Source: an uncultured delta proteobacterium (GTDB lineage: Bacteria > Myxococcota > Myxococcia > Myxococcales > Myxococcaceae). Taken from it: 64,000 nt of DNA. The stretch is from the NCBI GenBank assembly GCA_963776345.1, contig CAVZMH010000022.1, positions 128,001-192,000 of the forward strand, given 5' to 3'. Made by a program: the position numbers and the translations under genes. Numbering within the stretch: the first letter of the stretch is position 1; the number at the start of each line of letters is the position of its first letter. This document shows, piece by piece, positions 44,292-52,830 of the stretch. The notes under the pieces are model-generated. The model worked only from the letters and a program-made list of their open reading frames with translations, was not told the origin of the DNA and ran no database searches.

Positions 44292-44468
44292 GGCGCCTCC
44301 TAGGCTAGCGGGGCCGCCCCATCAGCAAAAGGCGGGTCGGCCGCCACTCCGGACGCTCCGGCACCCCCGCTTCTTCAAGGACACGGCTCCGCCCGGCGGT
44401 TGCCGTCCGCGGGCAGTCCTGGACCGGGGGTCTGTGGTGTCCACCCCCCTTCCAGGGATTGCGGATGC

Positions 44469-44580
44469 TCAGCGCGTCCGGACGAGCCGCGCCTCGAGCT
44501 CCCGCCCGAGCCGGCCGGGGAAGCTGTCGGGCGCCGGGCGGAGGCGCTCCAGATGGAAGCGGTCGCCGAACAGGCCCCCG
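44469..44580 (-). pseudogene. Gene remnant resembling the C-terminus of a TPMT-like SAM methyltransferase
   Basis: GGLFGDRFHLERLRPAPDSFPGRLGRELEARLVRTR-stop with strongly coding-like codons but no plausible start. Confidence 0.35.
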
Positions 44581-44720
44581 GACTCCCGGCGTTCTGCTGG
44601 ACAGCCGGTCGAGCCGCGGTCGAGAGTCCCCGGCCCCTGCGCCCGGTCAGCGTCGTGCGCCGCGGGAGACGTGGTGGCACGGCCTGGCGTGGCCCTGGCC
44701 GGCGTTGGGAGGAGCTCGCG

Positions 44721-45425
44721 ATGTTCGTCGGTCACCTGGGGGTCGGGCTCGCGCTGTCCTCCCGCTCCCGCAGCTTCCGGCTGGGGACGCTGCTCGGCGC
44801 GGCGCTCCTCCTCGACGTGCTGCTCGGGGTCTTCGTGCTCGCTGGCGTGGAGCGGGTCATCGTTCCGCCGGACTTCGCCACCGGGCACTATCTGGAATTC
44901 GTGTTCCCGTTCTCCCACGGGCTCGCCGGCACGGTGGTGTGGTCCGGGCTGGCGGCGGCCCTGGCCAGCACCGGCGGGCTGATGCTCGGCCGGGGCGCAG
45001 CTGCGGCATGGGTGGCGGCCGCGGCGGTGGCCTCGCACTTCGTCTGCGACGCGGTGGAGCACGTCCGGGGCCTTCCGTTGCTCGGGGAGACCTCGCCGCA
45101 CGTCGGCCTGGGGCTCTGGCGGTCCATGCAGTGGGCGCTGGGGCTCGAGCTGCTCCTCCTGCTGGCCGGGGCCTGGCTCTTCCTCCGGTCCCGTCCGGAC
45201 CTCCCGCGCGGGCGGCGGCTGGTGCTGCTGACGGTGCTCGTCGCGCTCACCGTCCTTCAGTTCCTCGGTCAGTCGGGCGGAGCCGCGCCGCCGCCCGCCC
45301 CGGCCCTGGCCGCAAGCTGGCTCGGAGAGACGGCGCTGCTGGTGCTGCTGGGGCTGTGGGCGGACCCTGCGCGGGCGTCCGGGCCGGTCAGCTCGCCGGC
45401 TGCGGCACCACCGGGCGGGCGCTGA
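44721..45425 (+). CDS. Membrane-bound metal-dependent hydrolase-like protein
   Basis: MFVGH, LLDVL, PFSHGL, ASHFVCDAVEH; several TM helices; RBS GGAGG. Confidence 0.8.
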   Translation: MFVGHLGVGLALSSRSRSFRLGTLLGAALLLDVLLGVFVLAGVERVIVPPDFATGHYLEFVFPFSHGLAGTVVWSGLAAALASTGGLMLGRGAAAAWVAAAAVASHFVCDAVEHVRGLPLLGETSPHVGLGLWRSMQWALGLELLLLLAGAWLFLRSRPDLPRGRRLVLLTVLVALTVLQFLGQSGGAAPPPAPALAASWLGETALLVLLGLWADPARASGPVSSPAAAPPGGR

Positions 45426-47346
45426 CCAGCACCGCCTCGGGCGAGGCCGGCGGTTTGGCCGGCGCCGGCGCGGTGTCCTTGAACCGGAACTCCACGTCCA
45501 CCACGCCGCCGTCCGGGGGCGGGACCTCGTCGGCGCCCACGTCCCGGAGGAGGGCGATCATCGCCGAGTTGACGGCGAGCACGTCGGCCCGGAGCCCCTT
45601 GAGCCCGTGCGCCCGGCCCACCTCGATCATCCGTCTCATGAGCGCAGTGCCCACGCCCTTCCTCTGCCAGGCGTCGGCGATGACGATGCCCAGCTCCCCG
45701 ATGCCGCTGACCGGATCGAGGTCGTAGCGGGTGATGCCGAGCAGCGTGCCGTCCTCGGGCACCTCGGCGACGAAGGCGCAGCCGCGCTGCGGGTCGGCGT
45801 CGAGCATGGCCTGGATCTCGTCGCGCGGGTAGCGGGTCCGCAGGTGGTGGTAGCGCGTGTAGACCGACTCGGGCGACAGCCCGTACAGCAGTTCCTGGAC
45901 CTTGGCCTCGTCGGTGAGGCGGGCGGCGCGCACGCGGATTTCCCTGCCGTCCTTGAGGTTCTCCATCCAGGAGCGCACATCGAGCGGCGGGCGCGGCACC
46001 GGCTGGTCCTGGAACACCCAGCGGCGCTGCTTCGCCGCGGCGAGCAGCTCCGCCCGGTGGTCCGGGTGGGCGATGGCGGTCAGGGCCAGCGCGCGCTCGC
46101 GCACCGACTTGCCCCACAGGTCCGCCACCCCGTACTCGGTGACCACGAAGCGCACGTCGCCGCGGCTGGTCACCACCGCCGAGCCCTGGGGCAGGGTGGG
46201 CTGGATGCGGCTCACGGTGTCGCCGCGGGCGAGGGAGGGGAGGACGATGAGCGCGCGCCCCCCGTAGCTCCGCGACGCGCCGCGGACGAAGTCCACCTGG
46301 CCGCCGATGCCCGAGTAGAAGCTGCCGTCGAGCGTGTCCGCCGCGACCTGGCCGGTGAGGTCCACCGCCAGCGCGGTGTTGATCGACACCATCCGGACGT
46401 TCTGGGAGATGACGTACGGGTCGTTGACCCACTCGCTCCCGCGGAGCTCGAGGTCGCGGTTCTCGTGCGCCCACTCGTACAGCGCGCGGGTGCCCATCAG
46501 GAAGCTGGCGACCATCTTCCCCGGGGCGAGCGTCTTCCGGAGCCCGTTGACCACGCCGAGCCGGGCCAGCTCCATCACCCCGTCGGAGAGCATCTCGGTG
46601 TGGATGCCGAGGTCGCGGTGGTTCTTCAGGGAGGAGAGCACCGCGGTGGGGACCTCGCCGATGCCGATCTGCAGCGTCGCGGCGTCCGGGATCAGGTCCG
46701 CCACCAGCTCGCCGATCGCCCGGCTCACGTCGTCGGCCGCCGCCGGGTGGCGCTCGGGGAGCGGCGTGTCCACGGCGACGAGGTGCTTGCACCGCCGGAT
46801 GTCGAGCAGGGTGTCCCCGGGCGTCCGCGGCATGCGCGGGTTCACCTCGGCGAGGATGAGGCGGGCCGAGTCCACCGCGGCCCGGACGATGTCCACCGAG
46901 ACGCCGAGCGACACCATCCCGTGCGCGTCGGGCGGGCTCACCTGGATGAGGACCGCGTCCACCGGCAGGCGGCTGGACTTCAGGAGGTGCGGAATCTCCG
47001 AAAGGAACACCGGGGTGAAGTCGGCCCGGCCCTCGCGGACCGCGTCACGGACGTTGGCCCCGATGAAGAACGCGTTGTGCCGGAAGCGGCCCTCGCAGGC
47101 GGCCGCGGTGTAGGGCGCGGGCCCCAGGGTCATGAGGTGGACCAGCTCGTTGTCCGAGAGCTGCCAGGCGGAGTCCACCATGGCCTGGACCAGCCGGGTG
47201 GGCTCGGCGGCCCCGGACCCGATGAGGATGCGGCGGCCCGGCCGGAGCGCCCGGACTGCCTGCTCGGGCGTGGTGAGAAGGCGCGCCCAGCGCGTTCGCC
47301 ACTCCGGGTCGGGTTCGGCGCGGAAGCCGTTTTCCAGTTCTGACAC
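45388..47346 (-). CDS. Acetyl-CoA hydrolase/CoA-transferase fused to a C-terminal GNAT domain
   Basis: GSGAAEP, VSPPDAHG, LQIGIG, HTEM, SGIGGQVDF, VVTEYG; GNAT WQRKGVGTAL and N-x-x-M. Confidence 0.9.
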   Translation of the reverse strand: MSELENGFRAEPDPEWRTRWARLLTTPEQAVRALRPGRRILIGSGAAEPTRLVQAMVDSAWQLSDNELVHLMTLGPAPYTAAACEGRFRHNAFFIGANVRDAVREGRADFTPVFLSEIPHLLKSSRLPVDAVLIQVSPPDAHGMVSLGVSVDIVRAAVDSARLILAEVNPRMPRTPGDTLLDIRRCKHLVAVDTPLPERHPAAADDVSRAIGELVADLIPDAATLQIGIGEVPTAVLSSLKNHRDLGIHTEMLSDGVMELARLGVVNGLRKTLAPGKMVASFLMGTRALYEWAHENRDLELRGSEWVNDPYVISQNVRMVSINTALAVDLTGQVAADTLDGSFYSGIGGQVDFVRGASRSYGGRALIVLPSLARGDTVSRIQPTLPQGSAVVTSRGDVRFVVTEYGVADLWGKSVRERALALTAIAHPDHRAELLAAAKQRRWVFQDQPVPRPPLDVRSWMENLKDGREIRVRAARLTDEAKVQELLYGLSPESVYTRYHHLRTRYPRDEIQAMLDADPQRGCAFVAEVPEDGTLLGITRYDLDPVSGIGELGIVIADAWQRKGVGTALMRRMIEVGRAHGLKGLRADVLAVNSAMIALLRDVGADEVPPPDGGVVDVEFRFKDTAPAPAKPPASPEAVLVSARPVVPQPAS

Positions 47347-47355
47347 AGTGCAGCA

Positions 47356-47364
47356 ATTCTAGCA
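47356..47364 (-). promoter_or_regulatory. Extended -10 element TGCTAGAAT
   Basis: TGn-TAGAAT 9 nt upstream of the GTG start at 47346. Confidence 0.45.
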
Positions 47365-47490
47365 GGCGAGGGGGGGAGCGGCCTGCCGGGCAGGTTCTAA
47401 CGCCAATGCGGGGCCCTCATCGTGGCGCCAGAGACCCCACCCTGGATCCCGAGAAATCCCGAGGACTTGCGCGCTCACCGCGCGAGGTCC

Positions 47491-47636
47491 GCTCGCGAGC
47501 GACTCGCTCTTTACGAGGTGTCTGACACCTCGACAGGGTCCGCTTACGAGGTGTCTGACACCTCGACAGGCCTCGACAGACACCTCGACAGACACCTCGA
47601 CAGCGACACCTCGACAGCTCGCGAGCGACTCGCTCT
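47491..47636. repeat. Composite repeat: 20-bp flanking direct repeats, two 27-bp palindrome units and a decaying 12-mer tandem
   Basis: GCTCGCGAGCGACTCGCTCT at 47491-47510 and 47617-47636; TTACGAGGTGTCTGACACCTCGACAGG at 47511-47537 and 47544-47570; GACACCTCGACA-like units to 47617. Confidence 0.9.
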
Positions 47637-47675
47637 GGCACCCGGCGCCGGCGGCTCGCGCTGACCGTCCGTCGC

Positions 47676-47888
47676 TCAGCGGTCCGGCTTGGTCCGCTCC
47701 GCCTCGAGCTCGAGCATCATCTCCAGCGCCTGGCCCTCGGCGAGGTGCTCCAGCACGTCCAGGTTGCGGATGACCTCCTCGTCCTCCGCGCTCCTTGCCG
47801 CGGGCGGCGCGGGGACGGCCCCGTCCCGAGCTCCGGGGGTGCCTGCATCGACCGAGAGGAGGAACAGGACCGCGAACAGTCCTGTCAC
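47676..47888 (-). CDS. Small exported or membrane-anchored acidic protein
   Basis: GTGA overlap with the upstream gene; hydrophobic N-terminus; EDEEVIRNLDVLE. Confidence 0.7.
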   Translation of the reverse strand: MTGLFAVLFLLSVDAGTPGARDGAVPAPPAARSAEDEEVIRNLDVLEHLAEGQALEMMLELEAERTKPDR

Positions 47889-48379
47889 CGCCCCCGCCTC
47901 TCCCGCATCTCGCGCAGGCGCTGGCGCATCTGCTCGCGCTGCTCGCGCGACATGGACCTCCACTCGCGGAGGTTCTCCAGCATCTGGCGACGACGCTCGG
48001 GGTTGGCCTGGAGGTACTCGCGCATGCTCTGGCGGAGGTCCTGCCGCTGCTCGGGGGACAGCTTCTGGAACTCGCGCCACTGGGTGAGGACCTTCTGCCG
48101 CTCGTCTGGCGAGAGCCGCTGGAAGGCCTCGAGGTTCTGCCGCACCCGGGCCTGCTCCTTCGGCGGGAGCGCACGCCAGCGGGACACGTTGGCCTGGATC
48201 CGCGCCTGCTCGTCGAGGGGCAGGGCCTTGTACTGCCGGAGCCGCTCGCGCAGCGCGGCCTTCTCCTGCTCGCTCATCCGGTCGAACCGCGCCGCCGCGT
48301 CCTCCGGAGGCGTGGGCTGAGCCTGGGACCAGGCCGGCCTCGCGCAGAGCAGGCACACCGCCAGGAGCCAGGTCCTCAT
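47885..48379 (-). CDS. DUF3106-like periplasmic helical repeat protein
   Basis: Signal peptide; repeats W/F-x-x-L-S/P-P-E-Q-R (WRALPPKEQ, FQRLSPDER, FQKLSPEQR). Confidence 0.8.
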   Translation of the reverse strand: MRTWLLAVCLLCARPAWSQAQPTPPEDAAARFDRMSEQEKAALRERLRQYKALPLDEQARIQANVSRWRALPPKEQARVRQNLEAFQRLSPDERQKVLTQWREFQKLSPEQRQDLRQSMREYLQANPERRRQMLENLREWRSMSREQREQMRQRLREMRERRGR

Positions 48380-48843
48380 GGCCGCCCCTCCTTCTGGAGC
48401 TGGTCGAGCTGCTCCACCACCTCGAGGTCGTCCGGGGCCAGTCCCACCACCTCGTAGTCGCTGAGCAGCTCGTAGTGCTCGGCCACCGCGAGCTCCATCC
48501 GCTGCTCGGCCCGCTCCGCCACCGTCCGCTGCCCCACCACCACCACCACCACCGCCGCCGCAGCGAGCGCCGGGGCGAGGACCCCGGGCCGGAGCCACTG
48601 GCGGAGCCGCTCGGGCCAGGGGCGCGGAAGGGCGTCCACCTCGGCCAGCACGCGGCGGCGCAGCCCCGGGGATGGCTCGAAGGCCGGGAGCGTGGCGAGC
48701 TCGGTCAGGGTCCGGTTGAGCAGGGCCTCCGTGGCCCGGCAATCGGAGCAGGAGCTCAGGTGGTCACGCACCCGCGCCGCCTCGACGGCGGACAGCTCGC
48801 CGTCCAGGTATGCGGTCAACTCGTCCTCCACGGTGCAGCTCAT
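48376..48843 (-). CDS. zf-HC2 anti-sigma factor
   Basis: LTAYLDGEL..HLSSCSDC, one TM helix, short acidic tail. Confidence 0.88.
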   Translation of the reverse strand: MSCTVEDELTAYLDGELSAVEAARVRDHLSSCSDCRATEALLNRTLTELATLPAFEPSPGLRRRVLAEVDALPRPWPERLRQWLRPGVLAPALAAAAVVVVVVGQRTVAERAEQRMELAVAEHYELLSDYEVVGLAPDDLEVVEQLDQLQKEGRP

Positions 48844-49442
48844 GCCTCGCTCCTCGCCGGGGCGTGCGCTCCGGCCTGCCATGCTTCCACCGCCCGGGCG
48901 ACCGAGAGGGTCGCGCGGTGGATGAGACTCTTCACTGCCGCCTCGCTCGCCGAGAGCACCTCGGCGATGTCGCGGTACGCCATCCCCTCGAACCGGCAGA
49001 GGGTGAAGGCCGTCCGCTCCCGCTCGCTCAGCCGCTGGAGCGCCGCCGCCACCGTGACCTCCAGCTCTCGCCCCTCCGCCGCGCGCTCGGGCGACTGGGC
49101 GTCGGGGGCGGGAGTGTCCACGGGGCGGCCCTCCTCGCCTTCCTCCGCCACGTGCGAGACCCGGTACTCGCCGCGCCGGACCTCGTTCAGGCAGTGGTTC
49201 GCCGCCACCCGGAAGAGGAAGGTCTTGAAGCGCGCGGTGGGCCGGTAGCGGCCTGCATGTCGGTACAGCTTCACGAAGATGTCCTGCGTCAGCTCCTCTG
49301 CCCTTCCGGCGTCCTGGACGAAGCGATGGGCGAAGCGGGCCACCGACCGGTGGTGCCGGTCGTAGAGCGCGGCGAAGGCGGCGGTGTCGCCGGCCGCCAC
49401 CCGGAGCATCAGCGCCGCGTCCTCGTCCGTTGGTTCATCCAC
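48840..49442 (-). CDS. ECF RNA polymerase sigma factor
   Basis: GDTAAFAALYDRH, AEELTQDIFVKLY, TFLFRVAANHCLNE, AYRDIAEVL..AVKSLIHRA; start uncertain. Confidence 0.9.
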   Translation of the reverse strand: MDEPTDEDAALMLRVAAGDTAAFAALYDRHHRSVARFAHRFVQDAGRAEELTQDIFVKLYRHAGRYRPTARFKTFLFRVAANHCLNEVRRGEYRVSHVAEEGEEGRPVDTPAPDAQSPERAAEGRELEVTVAAALQRLSERERTAFTLCRFEGMAYRDIAEVLSASEAAVKSLIHRATLSVARAVEAWQAGAHAPARSEA

Positions 49443-49555
49443 GGGCACTGGATGTGAACACGACTGTGCCCCCGGCAGTTGCGGGCCCGGGGTGGCGGGG
49501 AGCTGGCAGGTCGCGTGGCCCCCGCATCGCCCTCCTGGTAAGGAGAGCGGCACCG

Positions 49556-50215
49556 GTGGAACGACAGCACGAGGCGCACATCGCCCCCGGTCCTGTCCGG
49601 GAGCTCGAGGCCGTGGTGCCGCAGGACCCACTCGAGGGCGCGCTGGCCTCGGCGCGGGCCCCGGGCGCGGACGCCGGCGCGCGGCGGGCGTTCGTGGGCC
49701 GGCTCGCCACCTTGGACCTCGGGAGCCCCCGGGCCACGGCCGACCGCCTCCAGGAATTGCTCGCCTCCGGGGAGCTCACGACCCTCCGGGCCTCCGACGG
49801 GACCTCGGCCCGCGCCGTGGCCGTGGAGCGCCTGCTCGCCCTCGGCTATCCCTACGCCCTGGAGGTGACCCCGGAGGACCTGGCCCACTGGCGGCACGAA
49901 CGCCCGTCCGAGGCGACCGACGGGCGCGGCCTCGCGGTGCTGGTGATGACGGTGGCCGCCTGCCTCTCGCTGTGGGGGCTGTCCGATCCGCCCACGGGCC
50001 TGGGGCTCGCGTCGGTGCTGGCGCTGGAGGCCGTGACGGTCGCCGGGGCGGTCCGTCCATCGCTTCGGGGCTGGGCGCGGCGGGCGGTGTTCGCCCTGGG
50101 CGTCTTCGCCTGCGTGCTGGGGTTCCGCTACGGGGTCGGGACGCTGCTCCCCGGTGTCGCCGGGCTCCTCACCGCGCGCTTCATCTGGCCCAGAGGTGTC
50201 AGGGGGGTCGACTAG
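49556..50215 (+). CDS. Hypothetical membrane protein
   Basis: RBS AGGAG; soluble N-domain (LLALGYPYALEVTPEDL) and about four C-terminal TM helices. Confidence 0.65.
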   Translation: MERQHEAHIAPGPVRELEAVVPQDPLEGALASARAPGADAGARRAFVGRLATLDLGSPRATADRLQELLASGELTTLRASDGTSARAVAVERLLALGYPYALEVTPEDLAHWRHERPSEATDGRGLAVLVMTVAACLSLWGLSDPPTGLGLASVLALEAVTVAGAVRPSLRGWARRAVFALGVFACVLGFRYGVGTLLPGVAGLLTARFIWPRGVRGVD

Positions 50216-50234
50216 GAGATCGGCCTCGGCCATA

Positions 50235-50250
50235 CTGAAACAGCGTTCAG
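50235..50250. promoter_or_regulatory. LexA (SOS) box, myxobacterial type, upstream of recA
   Basis: CTGAA-ACAGCG-TTCAG palindrome resembling the M. xanthus LexA consensus ending GTTCAG; overlaps a -10-like CATACT at 50231-50236. Confidence 0.7.
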
Positions 50251-50278
50251 GTCCGCGCAAAGCGAGGTCCAGGCACCG

Positions 50279-51349
<1,071 letters not shown>

Positions 51350-51462
51350 CCTCCCGGGGGCCGACCGGGCCCGGGACGTCCACGCCGCCAGCCGCGCGCG
51401 CTTGAACTGTTCGGCTGCCGGGGGTTAGAGCAACTCCTGACGAGGGGTGGGGCGCAGGAGTC

Positions 51463-52830
51463 ATGGCTTTCGGTCAGTCCGGCTGGTTCACCGCGCTGCT
51501 GGAGCAGGAGCTGGCGCAGCACCAGCCGCTGGTCGACGCCCGCGCTCCGGGGAGCCCCCGCGCGCGCGCCCGGGCCCACGTCCGGGTGGTGCTCCACGAC
51601 AGCGGGCTCCTCTACGGCACCCCGGAGAAGGTGGAGATTCCGGACGGCCTGACGCGCGAGGAGCAGCTGTCGCTCGCCGTCCTGCGCACCCTGGTGCGGC
51701 TGGCGCTGGACCTGGCGGACATCGCCGGGCTGGGGCCGGAGCGCCGGGTGGAGCGGCTCACCATCCTCTTCGCCGCCTGGAGCGGACATCTCCGCCTCGC
51801 CGAGACGCTCCAGACGTCGCTCCGGAGCACCGGCGCGCTGCCACGCCGGAGCGTGGCGCGGCTCGAGTCGCTGCTCGAGGACCGGGCGATGTCGCTCGGG
51901 GCCGACCCGCTCTACGGGCTCCTCCTCCACAACGGCGCGGCATACGTCGACGCGCAGCTCTTCGCCCACCTCTCGCTCGCCGCGTGGCTGCACACCTCGC
52001 TTGGCCTCGAGCAGGCGCGCCGGCGCCTGGCGGTGGCGGCGCAGCAGAAGGCGCTCCTGGTCGAGGTGCTGACCGCGCTGGCCTGCGCCGAGCGGCCGCC
52101 GTCGCCGTCGGCGCGCCGGGCCATCCTCCGGCAGGTCGACGAGCTCGGGCTCCCCAAGCCGGTGGGCCCGGTGCTCCGTGCGCGGGTGAAGGAGGTCTTC
52201 CGCGAGCGACCGGACCTCGACGTGCTGGTCCGCCCGGTGCGGAGCCTGCCCCTGCGGCGCTTCATCCTCCAGCAGACCTTGCTCGCCTCCCTGGTGGAGG
52301 GGCGGCGTTCACCGGCCGAGCTGGCCTTCCTCCGGGCGCTGGCGCGGGCGCTCCGCATCTCCCCGGATGCGCTCCGGGAGATCGAGGGCGCGGTGGCCGA
52401 GTTCTACGCCGAGCACCGCCAGGTGCTCGACGTCTTCACCGTGAGCGACAACGCCGCCTCGCTCGGCGAGGAGTGGGTGAGCAACATGCTGCGCTCGCTG
52501 GACGACAACGTCCGGGCGCTGCTGCTCGAGGCCCGGATGATGGGCGAGCTGGGGGTGTTCCTCGGCAAGCTGGCCATCGGCCAGTCCCTCGCCGCGGACG
52601 AGCGCCGGCGGATGAAGCTCGAGCTGGTCGACCTGGCGAAGGCCATCCCCGCGCTGGCCATCTTCGCCGCGCCCGGAGGGGTGCTCCTGCTCGCGGCGCT
52701 GGCCAAGGTGCTGCCCTTCAGCCTGCTCCCCAGCGCGTTCCATGCTCCCCGCCGGCCGGCGCTGGCCGCCGAGGCGGCCAGCGCCGAGGGTGCGGTCAGG
52801 CTTGCTCCCCCCGGCGACGCACCTCGGTGA
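51463..52830 (+). CDS. Hypothetical protein with a TerB-like middle and LETM1-like C-terminus
   Basis: EGRRSPAELAFLRALARAL; C-terminal DLAKAIPALAIFAAPGG...LLPSAF. Confidence 0.65.
   Translation: MAFGQSGWFTALLEQELAQHQPLVDARAPGSPRARARAHVRVVLHDSGLLYGTPEKVEIPDGLTREEQLSLAVLRTLVRLALDLADIAGLGPERRVERLTILFAAWSGHLRLAETLQTSLRSTGALPRRSVARLESLLEDRAMSLGADPLYGLLLHNGAAYVDAQLFAHLSLAAWLHTSLGLEQARRRLAVAAQQKALLVEVLTALACAERPPSPSARRAILRQVDELGLPKPVGPVLRARVKEVFRERPDLDVLVRPVRSLPLRRFILQQTLLASLVEGRRSPAELAFLRALARALRISPDALREIEGAVAEFYAEHRQVLDVFTVSDNAASLGEEWVSNMLRSLDDNVRALLLEARMMGELGVFLGKLAIGQSLAADERRRMKLELVDLAKAIPALAIFAAPGGVLLLAALAKVLPFSLLPSAFHAPRRPALAAEAASAEGAVRLAPPGDAPR

Noticed and set aside
49457..49482. ECF autoregulatory promoter GCAAC-N17-TGTT, and GGAAG-N16-CGACT near 29006-29032
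   Set aside because: Single weak matches with no second copy in the window
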